Positions 1 through 15,993 of a stretch of DNA of 64,000 bases are shown here, piece after piece. Source of the stretch: Chrysomallon squamiferum (taxonomy: Eukaryota > Animalia > Mollusca); assembly GCA_012295275.1 (NCBI GenBank), contig CM022668.1, forward strand, positions 1,612,001 to 1,676,000. The letters are read 5' to 3'. The notes under the pieces are model-generated. The model was not told the origin of the DNA. It did not search any database and was given only the letters and a program-made list of their open reading frames with translations. The number at the start of each line of letters is the position of its first letter. The stretch's first letter is position 1. The translations under genes and the position numbers were made by a program.

Positions 1-308
1 GTATTTGATATTTCTAAGACGAGTCTTTAAAACACGATAAAGTTAAAATTTTTAAAGAAAAGAAATATTTCACTCACTGCTGCATTTAAATCTTTAGCAA
101 GAAATGTCTGAGACATTCTTTTCTGCAAATGAGATATTTGAAATTTTGAATGCATTTTCATTTTATAAATAATTTCAGTTTTTAACTGTTTCTCTGCTAT
201 AAATTTATATACGTTTGTTTCTGAGGCATTTGAACGTTTTAAATTATAAATAAAGAAAGCAAATGCAAAACAAATCCGCATAGAAACTGTATATTTTATT
301 ATTATTAT

Positions 309-340
<32 letters not shown>

Positions 341-680
341 CGGAAATGTCAATGGTAATAGCTCTTACTTTTCTAACTATTGGAAAAATTTTTTTTTTTT
401 TATCAATAAATAATTTTTCAATAAATAACTTTTCAATTAATTATCGTATTTTTATTTTTTAAAGTAAAAACATATTAATACGCAGAATTTGTTTTTCATT
501 CCATCACCAAAACAAAATTAACACGAATGTTCTAGAAACGAACAGCATATTCTTTTACACTACCTAATTGACTGCTTAATGTTTTGTTTGTACTAGTAAA
601 CGTTAATCGAAATTTATTTTATTACTTATTTCCTTCTCATTATTTATTATTTTTGTTGTTGTTGTTGAAAAATTATGATC

Positions 681-720
<40 letters not shown>

Positions 721-1844
721 GAGTAATCTTAAAGACGTGGTGCCTAAATTAAACATGAAGTTTTTCTCAGAATTTGGCTGCAATTTGTTCTGAGATAACG
801 CAGGTCCCGTTTGGCTTGTCAAATTAATCAGTTTTGTCTTTTTATACGGCAGGAGCAGCTGGCAGTTGCTTATTTATTTTTAACTCAAGGGAGATAAATA
901 TGAAATAGTTTGTGAAAGGTAGATATCCTTTTATTTTTAAATGTTTACAAAAAGAAGAAACTGACAAATTTCATTAAACAGATTTATTATTATTATTTGT
1001 TTATTTATTTATTTTATTTTATTTTATTTTATTTTATATTTTTAAGCACCTTCTAGCCGAAATAAGACATAATATTATATACAAAATCTAAACTGAAAGT
1101 CGAAATATTAGTTTTTTAAATAAAGAACGTTTATGTGGCTTCACCCTAGGTACCTCCCTTGATTTAAAAATAAACAAGAGAATGATAGCAGGTGCAGTGG
1201 TTATTAAAAAGACAAACATGGTAAATTTCACAAGCCAGAAATGACCTCTTTTATACGTCCTTTGTTATATTTCTTCTATTTTCTAAGGAATAAATAAAAG
1301 AAATTTCAAGAAAACCTTAATTGAATTTATGAACCACGTCGTTACCAGTAATAATAATAATAATAATAATAATAATAGGTAGATAGAAAGATAAATAGAA
1401 AAATAGATTTTAAAATCGAAGATATTTTTAAAAAATTATAAATTAATTATATTCGTTAATATATTTCATTTATTACAACTACATTTTTCATAATCTAGAT
1501 AATAAATCTAATAAATAATAAAATTCCGGAGAACAAATTCATAAATTAATATTATTAGAACCAATACACTCTTTTATAACAAATGTCATACATAACAAAA
1601 ATAAATAAATAAATAAATAAAAATAAAAAAATCTCCTGATTTAAAAAGTACTTTATCACAACCATATATTGCGTTTATCGTATATAAGTTTCTCTCTCTC
1701 TTTAATAGTTGTAACAATTAAAAATGAAAAATAAAGCACAAAATGTTTGTCTAAATTTAAAATAAATAAATAAACAAACAAATGATAATAATAATGTTGT
1801 TTTGTTGTTATTGTTATTATTTTTATAATAATTATTATTATTAC

Positions 1845-1886
<42 letters not shown>

Positions 1887-2094
1887 ATAAATAAGTGTAA
1901 ATCTCTTTAATAACTCTTCATCCTATTACTATAAAACAAAGGTTAAATGTAAAATATTTTTTATTTATTTATTTATTTTTGTTGTTGTTATATAATGAAA
2001 AATATGGTATTTTCTTAAAACAAACAAATACAATCGCACTCACTGTCCGAAAGAGATTTGTCTAGAAAAAAAATAAAAATAAAAATAAAAAAGC

Positions 2095-2161
2095 GCGCGA
2101 AATATTGTGACGTGGTATGTAAAAGTACCGGTGTATGACGTCATATTTTAAAAATTCAGTT
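2095..2161 (+). promoter_or_regulatory. Beta-tubulin proximal promoter
   Basis: GCGCGAAA (reverse E2F site TTTCGCGC) at 2095-2102, TGACGTGG at 2108-2115, palindromic CRE TGACGTCA at 2136-2143, and Inr-like TCAGTT at 2156-2161, ~65 nt before the ATG. Motif matches only. Confidence 0.6.
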
Positions 2162-2201
2162 TGTAACCGCGTAAGTTAGGAGTTAGGACGGCAGTTTTTA
2201 A

Positions 2202-3941
<1,740 letters not shown>

Positions 3942-3982
3942 AATTATATTGTGACTTTCTTTTTGTGCGAACATACGAAGTC

Positions 3983-3998
3983 AATAAAACCAAATAAA
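3983..3998 (+). terminator. Tandem polyadenylation signals of beta-tubulin
   Basis: AATAAA at 3983-3988 and 3993-3998, 42-52 nt after the stop, followed by T/GT-rich sequence. Confidence 0.65.
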
Positions 3999-4615
3999 AA
4001 TATTTACAGTTTTGTTATATATTCTTAGTATTATCAGCACCACTATTGATTTTAATTTTGAGGTTGCAGAATATATTATTTTATTATCATCATTAGTAGT
4101 AAAAAGTATGTTTTAGTCAGTTTAACTGTAGGAAAATCAACGTTATTTAGATGTAAAGTTAGGGGAGAGAATTCCTTAGAATAATAATTTAAAATGTAGC
4201 CGATGAAAGTTAACATTGCAAAAACACTACAGCATAAAAATATAGTTCATCGCAGAATTAGGAATCAAACATTTTTTATTTAATTTTAACCAACTGCTAC
4301 TGATAATTTCATGTGTTTACTTCCGGAGAAAGGAAAATGTTAAACTGTTTATAAGTGAGTGGTTTTGTGTTTAGGAGATATATATATATAAAAATGGAAG
4401 GTAAGGGTTATTAGTCGTTTTACTTTCTTGGTTTATGCGCGAGTAATACCTAACACTGGTTATTAGTCACATTTTTTATTTACACGCGCCGATGTTAAAA
4501 AAACTAAATTCTTTGTGTACCTAAATATCCCCATTTTACTGCCGTTCGTTATACGCCTGTGTGTTCATGACGAATTTAACCCTAAATAATTATTGCCATT
4601 CAATCCCCTCAAACA

Positions 4616-4666
<51 letters not shown>

Positions 4667-5269
4667 TCTTAATAATAATTACTCTTTCTTTGATTAATTA
4701 AATAATTAATTAATTTATTTATATATTATCATCATTATGTATGTTTATGTTTATATTCTAATATATAAAAATTGGTTTGAAAATTATTTTAATAATTCAT
4801 TATTCAGCAAATAAATGTTACCGTTATCAAGTACTGATAATTCAAAACAAAAGTAACAGATACAGATAGATGGAAAAAAAAAAAAAAAAAAATTCGTCAG
4901 CAAATGTGTAATTGACTTACGCATGTTTGTTAATCATGCGAGAAAAATCATTTAACATGTGTTGTTCATAAAACAGACTTCAGCTTATAGTACGTTGCTA
5001 AAAATAGACATGGACCATCGAAGAGTCAATTTTATTGATTTCATAAAAATATATAAAAATTAAAAATATGATACAGACTATGAGTTTCTTATTGAACAAG
5101 TAGAAGAAAAAGAAGTGTATTTTATGTTTCGTATTGTCAAAGAAATAGCTACCGATTTGGTTTGATTTCTTTATCAATAATATATACGTGTGTGGAACCG
5201 ACCTGTCCACTCTGTTTGCAAATGGAATGATCCAAAAGGAAGAAAAGTAAAACTTTTCTACAGGTTGTT

Positions 5270-5457
5270 CAGTACCCCTCCCAGTCGGCAAAACCGTGCA
5301 CGTTTTTTAAAAGCAGTTTTCACAACGGGCCCTACGGCAACATGTCTTTGTTCTAACGAGAAAAAAGAAACCAGGTTAGTGGAATTTAGATTATTTTTAT
5401 TTTTATTTTTAAGTGAAATAATTATAAAACGTGACAGAACTGGAGAGGTTGGTGAGT
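5270..5457 (+). promoter_or_regulatory. Candidate CpG-containing promoter / first non-coding exon of the large downstream gene
   Basis: CpG-containing stretch near the end of the CpG-rich zone, with a donor-like G|GTGAGT at 5451/5452. Inferred; no transcript evidence. Confidence 0.3.
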
Positions 5458-5695
5458 CACTGAGTGGAGTCTGCTACTGGTGACTTTTGTTATTTAACGG
5501 TTTTTATTAATTAGGGCAGTACCTTTATGTAATATGGGTCATGCAGATTCCAGAAACAGTTTGCAGGACAATTTCATGCAAAGCATGCATTGTTCTATAA
5601 TTCACTAAGTTTTACAATAATAACAGGTGATAATTGATATAATAATAAAATGAATAAATAAGTAAATAAATATAAAATAAATAATAAATAAATAA

Positions 5696-6014
5696 TATGA
5701 GGTGGTCGAAAAAGTTAGTGAGGTTTTCGAAATTCTTTTTAACCCTACATATGGCAAAAATTCGTAAATAGTAGACATCACGGAAACTGTAGATTACTCA
5801 CACCTGACTACGAACATATTCGGGTGTTTTCGGCAGCAAGAAGTGAACACAAAATGGACCCGGAAACATCGTGCTGTAATTAATTACAAAGGTTTCGTCT
5901 TCTTTCAGGACAATGTGCAGATCACATGTCCAGTGTAACATGTTGTTTGCTATGTTGTTTTGACATAGTTTGAGCACCTGGAAAAAACAAACAAACTTTC
6001 TCAGACAACTGATA
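5696..6014 (+). mobile_element. Decayed, internally deleted Tc1/mariner element
   Basis: 5861-5914 translates as RKHRAVINYKGFVFFQDN, resembling the mariner KRPxLxNRKGVxFHQDNA segment around the second catalytic Asp. The ends are imperfect inverted repeats bounded by TA (TATGAGGTGGTCGAAAAAGTT... and ...AACTTTCTCAGACAACTGATA). Confidence 0.6.
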
Positions 6015-6496
6015 TATAAATAAATTAATTAATTAAAGTGAGAGGGATGTCTAACCTAATGAATTAGATTTTAATGCCCATGAATAAATTTAAAATGAAG
6101 CATTTATAACATTTATTGAATAAGTTTTAGCTTTATAAAATTTTCTTTTCCTAAACGTAGTGGAATATTATTTTCATATTTGCTGTTATTACACTGACAG
6201 TTCCAAATAAAAATTATGTAAGATTAAATAAAAGTAAAAAGAAAATGGATTTATGGATTCATTAGACACATATAGCCATCCAACTCATCATTTGCTGAAA
6301 ATCTACATGGAATGACATTGAACTTTGTAATAGAAATCACTTTAATATTACTCATTGAGCTGTTAGACTTTTCAAACATAGAAGTTTACAATACATTTTA
6401 TTAGTGGACATTTTTAGAAACAGTACAAGCTGTATGAGTTAAAGGTATTTTAAATTTTTTTTAATAAAATTTATTTCTAAATTTATTTTGAAAGCT

Positions 6497-6501
<5 letters not shown>

Positions 6502-6572
<71 letters not shown>
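6502..6572. repeat. (CT)n microsatellite
   Basis: Pure CT run. Similar runs at ~25880-25910, 27241-27293 and (GA) 63215-63273. Confidence 0.98.
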
Positions 6573-6576
<4 letters not shown>

Positions 6577-7168
6577 AGTACATATAAAAAGCAGTCCTGT
6601 GGGTTATAACTAATACTATTTCAAAAGTTGAATACATTCTGGCATAATAAATGTATGTACATACATACATACATATACATATCAGACAAAACATATACAA
6701 AAGTCATCTGTATATAAAGATATTACAAATACAATATTACATGTGTGCCAAATAACCATCTTCCCAGTGACTGACATTTGTCCATGTGTTTCACCTATCT
6801 ACACTTGCCGTCTTTTCAGTTCAGAATAAACAAGCCATAGGTGTAATGACAGGTGTTTGTTTTTCACTTTTTAATTATTTAATATAGTCAAGATGGATAA
6901 ATGGATTTTTACAAGGAGGAAAACATCAAAAAATAAAGAAATGTGTTATTTAATGACAATACACATAGTTTGCAACATTCATTGTGTTAATAAGATCAAT
7001 ACAGGTAATGAGAGAAGGTAGCCTACTGCACTGGTTTAATATGGACCTACCCAATCACAGGGAAAATGCATACCATTAACTGTTTGTGTGAAAAGTAATA
7101 ACTGGTGTGCTTGTGTGTGTGTTCCTGTATGTGTATGTTTTTGAGTACATCTTTGTGTTGGGAGTGCA

Positions 7169-7212
<44 letters not shown>

Positions 7213-7954
7213 AAACCACACACAGTGTTTGTATTCTGCTGTAATCTGAGTGTGCTCAAAGCAAAGAAAACCAGAAGAAATTCTGACATTAAGTTCTGTT
7301 TACACATCACACCTGGAAGTTGTTTACTTAAATACTAATTACAGGTTAGGTAACCATATGTTTATCTGTGTGTCAGAAAACATCTGAAAAGAAACAGACG
7401 TATTAAATTAGCTCAAATTTGCTTATATGTGTGTTTAGTCACTGCATTTTCTTTAAACTGTAACGATAGTCGAAATACTGTTTATATATAATCATTTTAT
7501 AAAATTAAATTTTAGTAGCCAGTCTTTGATAAGAATAAAGTTTAATAACACACTAATAAGCAGGTCTGCTACTTCTGATTTTTATTCATGAAATTATGAT
7601 ACAAATACATCTTTTTTGGAACAATTATTTAGAAGTGGCTATCTGGGATTGCAAAAAGAACACAAAATTAGGGAACATTTCATTCTGTTATTAACTGTTT
7701 ATCATGTAATAATATCATTTGCAAATATTGGTCAAAATAAACAGTTTGAAAAATATAATTAATATGATGTCACCTCTTTTGCAGTCTTCTTTTTCTATGT
7801 TTATTTTTTGTCATAAATAATTTAATCTGTACAATTACAGAATTTATCTTAACTTCAGTGTTTGACAGTTTAAGAAAAATAAATAACGTGTTTTGTTAGT
7901 ATTTTAATTTATATGTAATAGTTTATACATACCTATCTCACAGATGTTCATTAA

Positions 7955-7987
<33 letters not shown>

Positions 7988-9284
7988 ATTTACTCAATCC
8001 TAAAATAATGTTCAGATCAGTATATTTAATTTTAACAGGTTTTAAAAACTACTTTACCACCATTTGGCAACACAACTGTTAACTGAAGCCAGAATAAATA
8101 TTAACAAACTGAAAAAAAAGAAAAGTTTTGAGTTATGGAGCAGACACTGTTGAAATCAGGAACATCTAGGTAATGGTTAAACAAAGCCAGAGATAAAAAT
8201 AGACAACATAAAAGTAAATATTCTAAAAATAAACTGAACTTGCATGTTTTCTTGGAAATCACCTGTGTAGAGGTGTCTTTAAAACAATGTTCACCAGTGA
8301 ATAATAGTAACAATGTATAGGTAAAAATAAAAAGTTAGAAAGATAAAATGTAGAAAGTTAGAAGTATTAGTATTATTAACAGCACCACTGTGGGGTTACT
8401 CATAATTTTGATGATAATATTAATGTTGTTACAAATCACTTTCATTTTTTCTACATAGATAAATAGACAGTTGATACAATGACATCCAGTGACTACCAGG
8501 AATATAATAATAGAAGGTGCCCTTCATAGCAGTTTCTACCTTGCACAATTTATGGTGCATGTTTTATGTGCAGCATTTCAGAAACTATTTTTGTCTGTTA
8601 CCTCTAGTTTAGTGCCTCACTGCTGTGGGATATTTTTGTTTTAATGGAAAACAGGCCACTTCGGATACCAAGGAAACAAAAGGTTACAGACTTGGCTGAT
8701 GAACAAAAGAGAAATTTCTCATCTTTGCTTTACCAAGTTTAACTAATAAGTTTATTAACAGAAAAGGTGAATACGTTCATTCATATAAAACCTATGTTTG
8801 CATAGAAACACATGAATTAAAACCCCATACATAATTATATGCATACATGAACAGCAGATAACAGATAGATAGTTAGATACAGATACAGATGAATAAATTA
8901 TATCTCAAAACATAAAATTAAGATATATAAAGAGATACTGCAGATACATACCTGACATACATATATGCATGAGTCAGGTAAGGTTGTGTGTTTTTTTGGG
9001 ATGTATTGTCCAGGTATAAATGTCATACTCACATGATGTTATTTAGCAATGATTAGCCAAATATTTGATGAGCAGTTTCAAACATGTCCTAGAAATCATT
9101 TGGCCTGAAGGTGGGTTTTTGTTTTGTCTGTTTCTCTCTCTCTTTATCCCCTCTTTTCCTTCCTTTCTCCTCTCTTTCTCCTCTCTTTCTCCTCTCTTTC
9201 TCTTCCTCTTTCTCCCTCTCCCTTGTCTATCCAATCCCTTTTCACACACACACACACACACAACACACACACAAACACACACAA

Positions 9285-9318
<34 letters not shown>

Positions 9319-10217
9319 TGAACATACTTCCTTGCAGATATATTTTGGACTAGCCCGCTGTACACAAACATATACACACACATAAAAATAAGCACAAACA
9401 CAGACACACAACAGACATACATACATACTTCCTCACAGATATGTTTTGGTCAAGAAAGACAGAAGGAATTCTGGCATCTGCTTGGAACTGATAAAGTGTG
9501 AGGTGCATGTGTCAGGTACCAGCCAGCAAATTTAGCCATCTTGTTGAAATGAGTGCCAAATCCAAGAATAATCAGAGAAAAATGTTATCTTGTACACATC
9601 TTCACTGAGCCATGACAGGCTCAACTGAACAAAATACATTACTTGGGAACAAGATCACCCATGGTGGGGGGAAATAGAGCTATGACAGATGACCTTCTAT
9701 GGTCAGTGTTTGGTGGGCAAAAAAAATAACAAATGTCTATGACAAGGTGCATCCATTCTTCAATGATATATCTGTAAAATTGTTTGAAACATTAAACTTA
9801 GGCAATGTATTTATAATTATTAGTCTGACGGTTTGTAAGTAAACATTTTTATAAGAAATAGCTGTGAAATTATTTAAAATAGAAATATTGAACTTTAAAT
9901 TTAATTAATCATAAACACAGAAAGTTAAATGTAATTCAGGCTATAAGAAAATATTGGAAGTATAAATATAAAGTTTAATAAACAAGTCATCGAGAGAGAG
10001 AGAGAGATAAAAACATGATTGGCTTCATTCGATATTAAGGATCATAGACACACACACGTATAATTCATACATGATTATCAGTTTCCACAGATGTCAGTTC
10101 ATATTTAGACTTTGAAATTAAATTATAATATATATTCCAGAGTTTCTGAAATATGTTATTTTGATTTTCACATTTTATATTTATATATAAAAGTAATTTT
10201 TTGTGTTTTTTTTCCAG

Positions 10218-10307
10218 ATACATTGCACATCATGTTAAATTCATAAATAGATGAGTTTGGCAACATAATAAAAAGATCCACAGCATTGTTACTTGGATAG
10301 TTGTCTG
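10218..10307 (+). other. Candidate non-coding 5' UTR exon (90 nt)
   Basis: Strong acceptor (T-tract + TTTCCAG) and strong donor CTG|GTAAGT. Stops in all three frames. Confidence 0.45.
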
Positions 10308-11224
10308 GTAAGTAATAATTATTATATAATATCCCTTTCTGCTAACCATAATAATTGTCTGTGATTATTTATACTAGCTATGAAAACTATTTATTTAATG
10401 CATACATTGAGTTAAAAGTTGGTTATTTATAAATGAAATATATGTGTGTGTGTGTGTATGTATATATAAAGAAAAGACAGAAAAATAATTAAATGTTATT
10501 ATCACAGTGGAAAACAGAATAAAGATTAATAAGTACTGTTGCCATTTCACTTTCTAAACCAATTCACTGTTGTTTTTTTTCTAAAAGAAATTTAAAATAA
10601 AAATGAAAATATAATAAATATTCACAGTCAGTGTTTTCAAAAATTAAAAATTAATCTGAATTAAACTCTGAATTTATATATTATTTTTTCCCCAGTACTT
10701 TATTAAAAAGAATCAATGAGTGAAATTATTTTGCTAAGCCAAGAATAAAACCAAAAAGTATAAACAATAATAACAACGTGGAACATGCTGAATGAAAATT
10801 ACAGTGTTACACATTATGACAGCCAGATTTTAGATAAAGTGTCAGATTAATTTTTTTCTTTTTTTTCTTTATTATTATTATTATTTTTAATAAAACTAAT
10901 ATTTTGAGGATATTCAGCAAAATCTGTTTTGGTATTTCTGTTTGTTACAAAAATAAAAATCTTCTTATAGTTATCCTATTGTTTTACATACTGATTTATA
11001 AATATTGTCTTTTTTTTTTTCAACGAACTGAATTATATCTTTGGTATTTGATTAATTTATTAGTACAGTTCCATAATTTCCCATTCTAACGTCTGTGCTC
11101 ATACATGGGAACCATACAGAACAAATTTAAAAAAAAAAAAATTGAGAAGTAAAAAAATTAGTATAATTTTTATTTGCACTTACTTCATTTTTTGGAGATT
11201 ACCAATATACATGTTACAGAAATT

Positions 11225-11255
<31 letters not shown>

Positions 11256-11799
11256 ATTATTTTATCAAGATTAAACTGATTTTTAAAATATTGCAGCATT
11301 TAATTTTATTGGTAAACTAGATGACTAACACAAATTTAATGTGAACTAAACAAATACTAGTTTTATTCAACTGTTAACTTTGTAAAGATGTTTATTTATA
11401 TTTTTTATCTTTGACTAATGCTTTGTTTTTAGTCACACACCACCCACACACACATTCTAATTGCATAAACCTATATCTCATACACTGTTCTAGCCTATAA
11501 TATAAACCTGTGTGTGTAGAGAGAACATTGTCCAGTTAGTGCAACTGACCTGAAAGCATGTTGACCATACCTCGTGCATGTTTGTACTTAATGAAGGTCA
11601 GTGTATGAGAAAAAAACATGTTCCAAAATGTCAGGTACTCAGGAAGGTAAAATCAAGGTATTCCATGTCCAGACAGGAATTCTCAGGTTACTTGCATCAG
11701 TTAACAGATCAAAGTCACATGTGTCTGACCAGAATAAGTGAGAGAATATAAATAATGGATAAGGGTATATGTATTTAGTTTTTAACCAATGTATGTTTA

Positions 11800-12210
11800 A
11801 ATTTAGGTCACAGAAATATTATGTTTGGACCATTTATTGATTAATTTATATTTAGGTCATTATGGGTGTATATATATTTAGGTCATTATTGATGGTAATT
11901 AATATTCAGGTTGTTATAGATTTAGTTAATGTTTAGGTCATAACAGAAGTGTTATTGTATTAAGGTCATTGTAGATGTTAATTTATATTTAGATCATTAA
12001 AATATAAATGTTAGTTTATTTTAGGTCATTGTTAATGTGTATTATGTTAGGTCATTATAGAAATTCGTTAATATTTAATTCATTGTGGATGTTTATTAAA
12101 TTTAGGTAACTTTAAATTTTATTATAATAAATATTAGGTGTTTTTAGATTGTTTATATTTAGGACATTGTCAATGTATATTATTCATATGTCATTAGATC
12201 ATTGTAGATG
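11800..12210 (+). repeat. Degenerate ~27-28 bp minisatellite with conserved TTAGGTCA core
   Basis: Exact AGGTCA at 11805, 11854, 11880, 11935, 11963, 12023 and 12049, plus one-mismatch cores. Spacings are about one or two units. Confidence 0.75.
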
Positions 12211-13537
12211 TGTGTTATGTTTAGATGCAGTACTGTAGATATTTAACATGATTATGAATATTTCAAAATGACAAGACTGGAAGGTTTGTTAATCTATGTT
12301 GAAGTTTCATTTTCATTCATTGTTTTATTAATTAAAATTTAACCACAGCTACCTGCAAATAAAGAGTAAACATTAATCAATGAATGAAACAAATGTTCAC
12401 ACAAATGATCAAACTGATCTGTGAATTATGAGAATTTACTTGGTATGAATACAGATGCTAACAAAACAAATACATTTTATTTAGTAAATATTTCCTTAGA
12501 GATTAGTACAGATTTTCACAAATTAACAGCTTAATGAAAACATTGGGATTAGCTTCTGACCTTAGGGTTAGTGGTTTTATAAATAAAAGATATGTAGTTT
12601 TATATTACTGAATGTAGTTTTATATTACAGAATGTAGTTTTATATTACTGGTTGATGAAAGATACCTTGTTTATGTCATATACCATTTGACAGCACCAAG
12701 TGCAAAAAGTCACATAAGCTTGAACTATTGTACCAACTCTTTTTTGTTTAGCAACATAAATCAGATTTGCTATTTATTCAGATAGAATAATGACATTGTA
12801 TATATAATGATACCTTACCAAGATTGTTAGATAACTAAATTATTATATGTCTTGTCACATTTACACTGTATACACATACAGATTTTTACAATTATGTTTA
12901 TTAAACTGGACTTTTAGGTTATGTGCAAAGCTAATTTAATTAATGTAAGCAATCTTTCAAGGAAATACTAACCAGAATTGTGAGTTGATCTTGATCTTTA
13001 AGTCTTTCCAGTATTCAAAATGGTGAAAACTTCTTAAACATTAATCAGCTCAAACTATTTAACTAGTTTAGATTTCTTACATAATTTAGGAAGAACTTTG
13101 GTAACATATTTATAAACACACTTTTGCAGTGATATGCACAAAAATATGCATCTATTCAAATTAAAACAATATATACCATCCCAGTCCACAAATTCTTCAT
13201 ATACACACATGCACATAAGAAACGCACACTCAGACACATACACATACATTCACACACATACAGGTACACAAATGCATATACACACATAGAAACAAACACA
13301 TGTATACACACACACATACAAACATACAGACCCCTCCCTAACAAACACTCGAACACAACGATTCACTGAAGACACTTGGGTTACCTGTACATATTTTTTC
13401 TGGGTTTTGACATTAATTGTTTATAACTATATTTAATAAAAGAAAACAAAAAAACACACACACATATATAATAATACCTGTAACTAATGTGTTGTTTTGG
13501 ATTATAAAGCTTGATTGCAGTGTGTGTTTTGTTTCAG

Positions 13538-13572
13538 GTTTCAGACTAAGCAGATTAAGTAATCAGTTACAG
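13538..13572 (+). other. Candidate non-coding micro-exon (35 nt)
   Basis: TTTTGTTTCAG acceptor and a perfect CAG|GTAAGT donor. Confidence 0.35.
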
Positions 13573-13834
13573 GTAAGTACATTGTTAGTCTAACACTTTT
13601 ACCTGGACCAGGTATGTTTGTGATATCTTTATTATTGTATTTTATTGTGTAAACTGTAGCATTTTTACTTAGTTTTAATAAGAGTTGATTTTTTAATATG
13701 TGTATAGTGTATTGTATTTGTTGTTGTTTTTGCTGTATTATAAACAAAGATATCTTTTCACAGATCTATAAGTATAAATATAGATATCTTTCAATGATCT
13801 GTAATATTCGTTGATATTGTAAATATAGCTTGGT

Positions 13835-13975
13835 CTATATTATAGATCAGTGAAAGATATCTGTTTTATAAATCAGTGAAATATACCTGGTTATATTATA
13901 GTTCAGTGAAAGATATCTAGGTTTGTTTTATAAATTACTGAAAGATATTTTGGTTTATATTATAGATCAGTGAAC
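13835..13975 (+). repeat. Degenerate ~30-bp tandem repeat (TTATAGATCAGTGAAAGATATCT-like)
   Basis: About 5 recognisable copies. Confidence 0.6.
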
Positions 13976-14354
13976 ATACATCTGTACTGTAGTCACTGTT
14001 GTCACTTCTTAGACAATAACATCTTTAATCTACATCTGAATTGTATTGTTTTGTATTGTAATATATCTGTTTGGATGTTGTGTTTTATGTGCTTTTTTAG
14101 TTTATATATATTTTTTAATTATATGTCAGTATACATTATTTACATAATCTTTTATAATTTTCATTGTTTTGTCTTTATTTACATGTGTACTTATAATATT
14201 TGTTCAAACATGTTTTAACACTGGGTATGGATACACACTTGAAAGGTTTGATTATTTTGGGGGAGGGGGTCCTTTGTGATTGAAGTGTGCATATATTTGT
14301 TTTCATTCAGTCTAAAACTGTTACAGCTGACCTTTTTGTTTATTTCTCTCTCTC

Positions 14355-14404
<50 letters not shown>

Positions 14405-14409
14405 CCAAG

Positions 14410-14456
<47 letters not shown>

Positions 14457-15860
14457 ATACTTATTGTAAATGTTTGTTTCTCTTCATTCTGTCTAAAGCT
14501 ATTATTAGTGACTGCTTAGATTAGTTATTTCTGTACATGTATCCTTCATACTTTACCTTACACTGAAGTTGTAGATGTGTTAATATTCTACACCAGACCA
14601 GTCAACTTGTTTATCCTATAAAAACATTTTTTATCATACATCTGTGTCTGGATGTATTCCAAATCTCTTATCTTTTCAGTGACCTTTCACCTCCAGAAAT
14701 TAACTGTATCTTAAAAGTACTTTTTAATCAAAAAAAGAGGTGAAAATATTTATTTAAATTCTGTTTCTCTTCAAGTTTTGGCAGAATTTAATTGCTTTTT
14801 TTTATATGCATAGTTCCCTGTATCTAATTTATTGAATAATATGTCGGTGTTTATATGAATATATGTGTGGTTGTAGCATAGATTATATGAAAGTTTTATG
14901 CCATAATTATGGTGTACTGGAACAGAAAAAAAAATTTGGATTCCAGAAACATACAAAAAGGAACAATTTTTAATTAAAGCAGTTTTATTACTTATCAGTT
15001 TAATTTATATGATTATTAAAGATTACCTGGAATTAAGAACAGTTGCTTCCCTTTATATGGGAATTTATCTTAGTGATTATGATGTCAGAATTAATGGAAA
15101 TATCAGACAAACACACATACACATTTTTAATACATTTTGTTGATAAACAAATCTTAAATTTTCATTTTTTAGTTGAGATCAAAATATGATTTTTGAATCT
15201 CCACAAAGTAAACAAAATGATTAATCCAGATTATGAATAAAGAATTTCCACTCTGATTCTGGTAGATATGTTAACAAACAATTTTGTTACATGTACTTAA
15301 TACACACAGTCAACAACAGTCAGTAGTTCTAGGTAAAATCTGCATGGAAAAATATCAACTATTTCATTGTAAATTCTTTAAAGTTAAATAATGTAAAATA
15401 ATAAACTGCTTTTCATTCTAAAATTAAAAACTTAGAAATGTTTACTCAGTATAACATTTTTTTCTTATTGTTACTTATCATTAAACATGTTGTATGAGAG
15501 TTACATTGATTAGCATAGAGTGATTAATATAGACAGTAGTATTTGCTGTGCATTATTATTTTTTTATTTTTGAACATTTTGACTTACTCTTAAAACTCAG
15601 TTTTAATTTAAAAATTATTATCTATATCAGTACAGCAAATGACAGACACATATTTCAAGTGGACAGATGTACTGCTGGTCTTAGAATGTAAAAAAAGAAA
15701 AAAGCGTGTGAGATGTGAATAAAATTATGTTTATCTATTTACTTGTAACATGATTGTGTATGCTAATTACTTATTATCCACCTCTCAATAGTAAGAAATG
15801 TTGTATGACAGTTTTTGATAAACTAAACAATGTGAAACATGAAATTGTTCAATGACTACA

Positions 15861-15921
15861 CTGAGGAGATTTGATCCACTGATATCCCAAATCTCATGAC
15901 TAAACCATAATCAGCTACTCC
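15861..15921 (-). mobile_element. Decayed tRNA-SINE head
   Basis: The reverse complement reads GTAGCTGATTATGGTT...GTGGATCAAATCTC, with A-box-like and B-box-like motifs at tRNA-like spacing. A similar piece lies at ~56577-56610 (-), and possible body fragments at ~6930-7080 and ~24650-24860. Confidence 0.3.
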
Positions 15922-15960
15922 ATTACAGAATAGTTCTTGCTTTAAATCAGTCTTTTTCTT

Positions 15961-15993
<33 letters not shown>

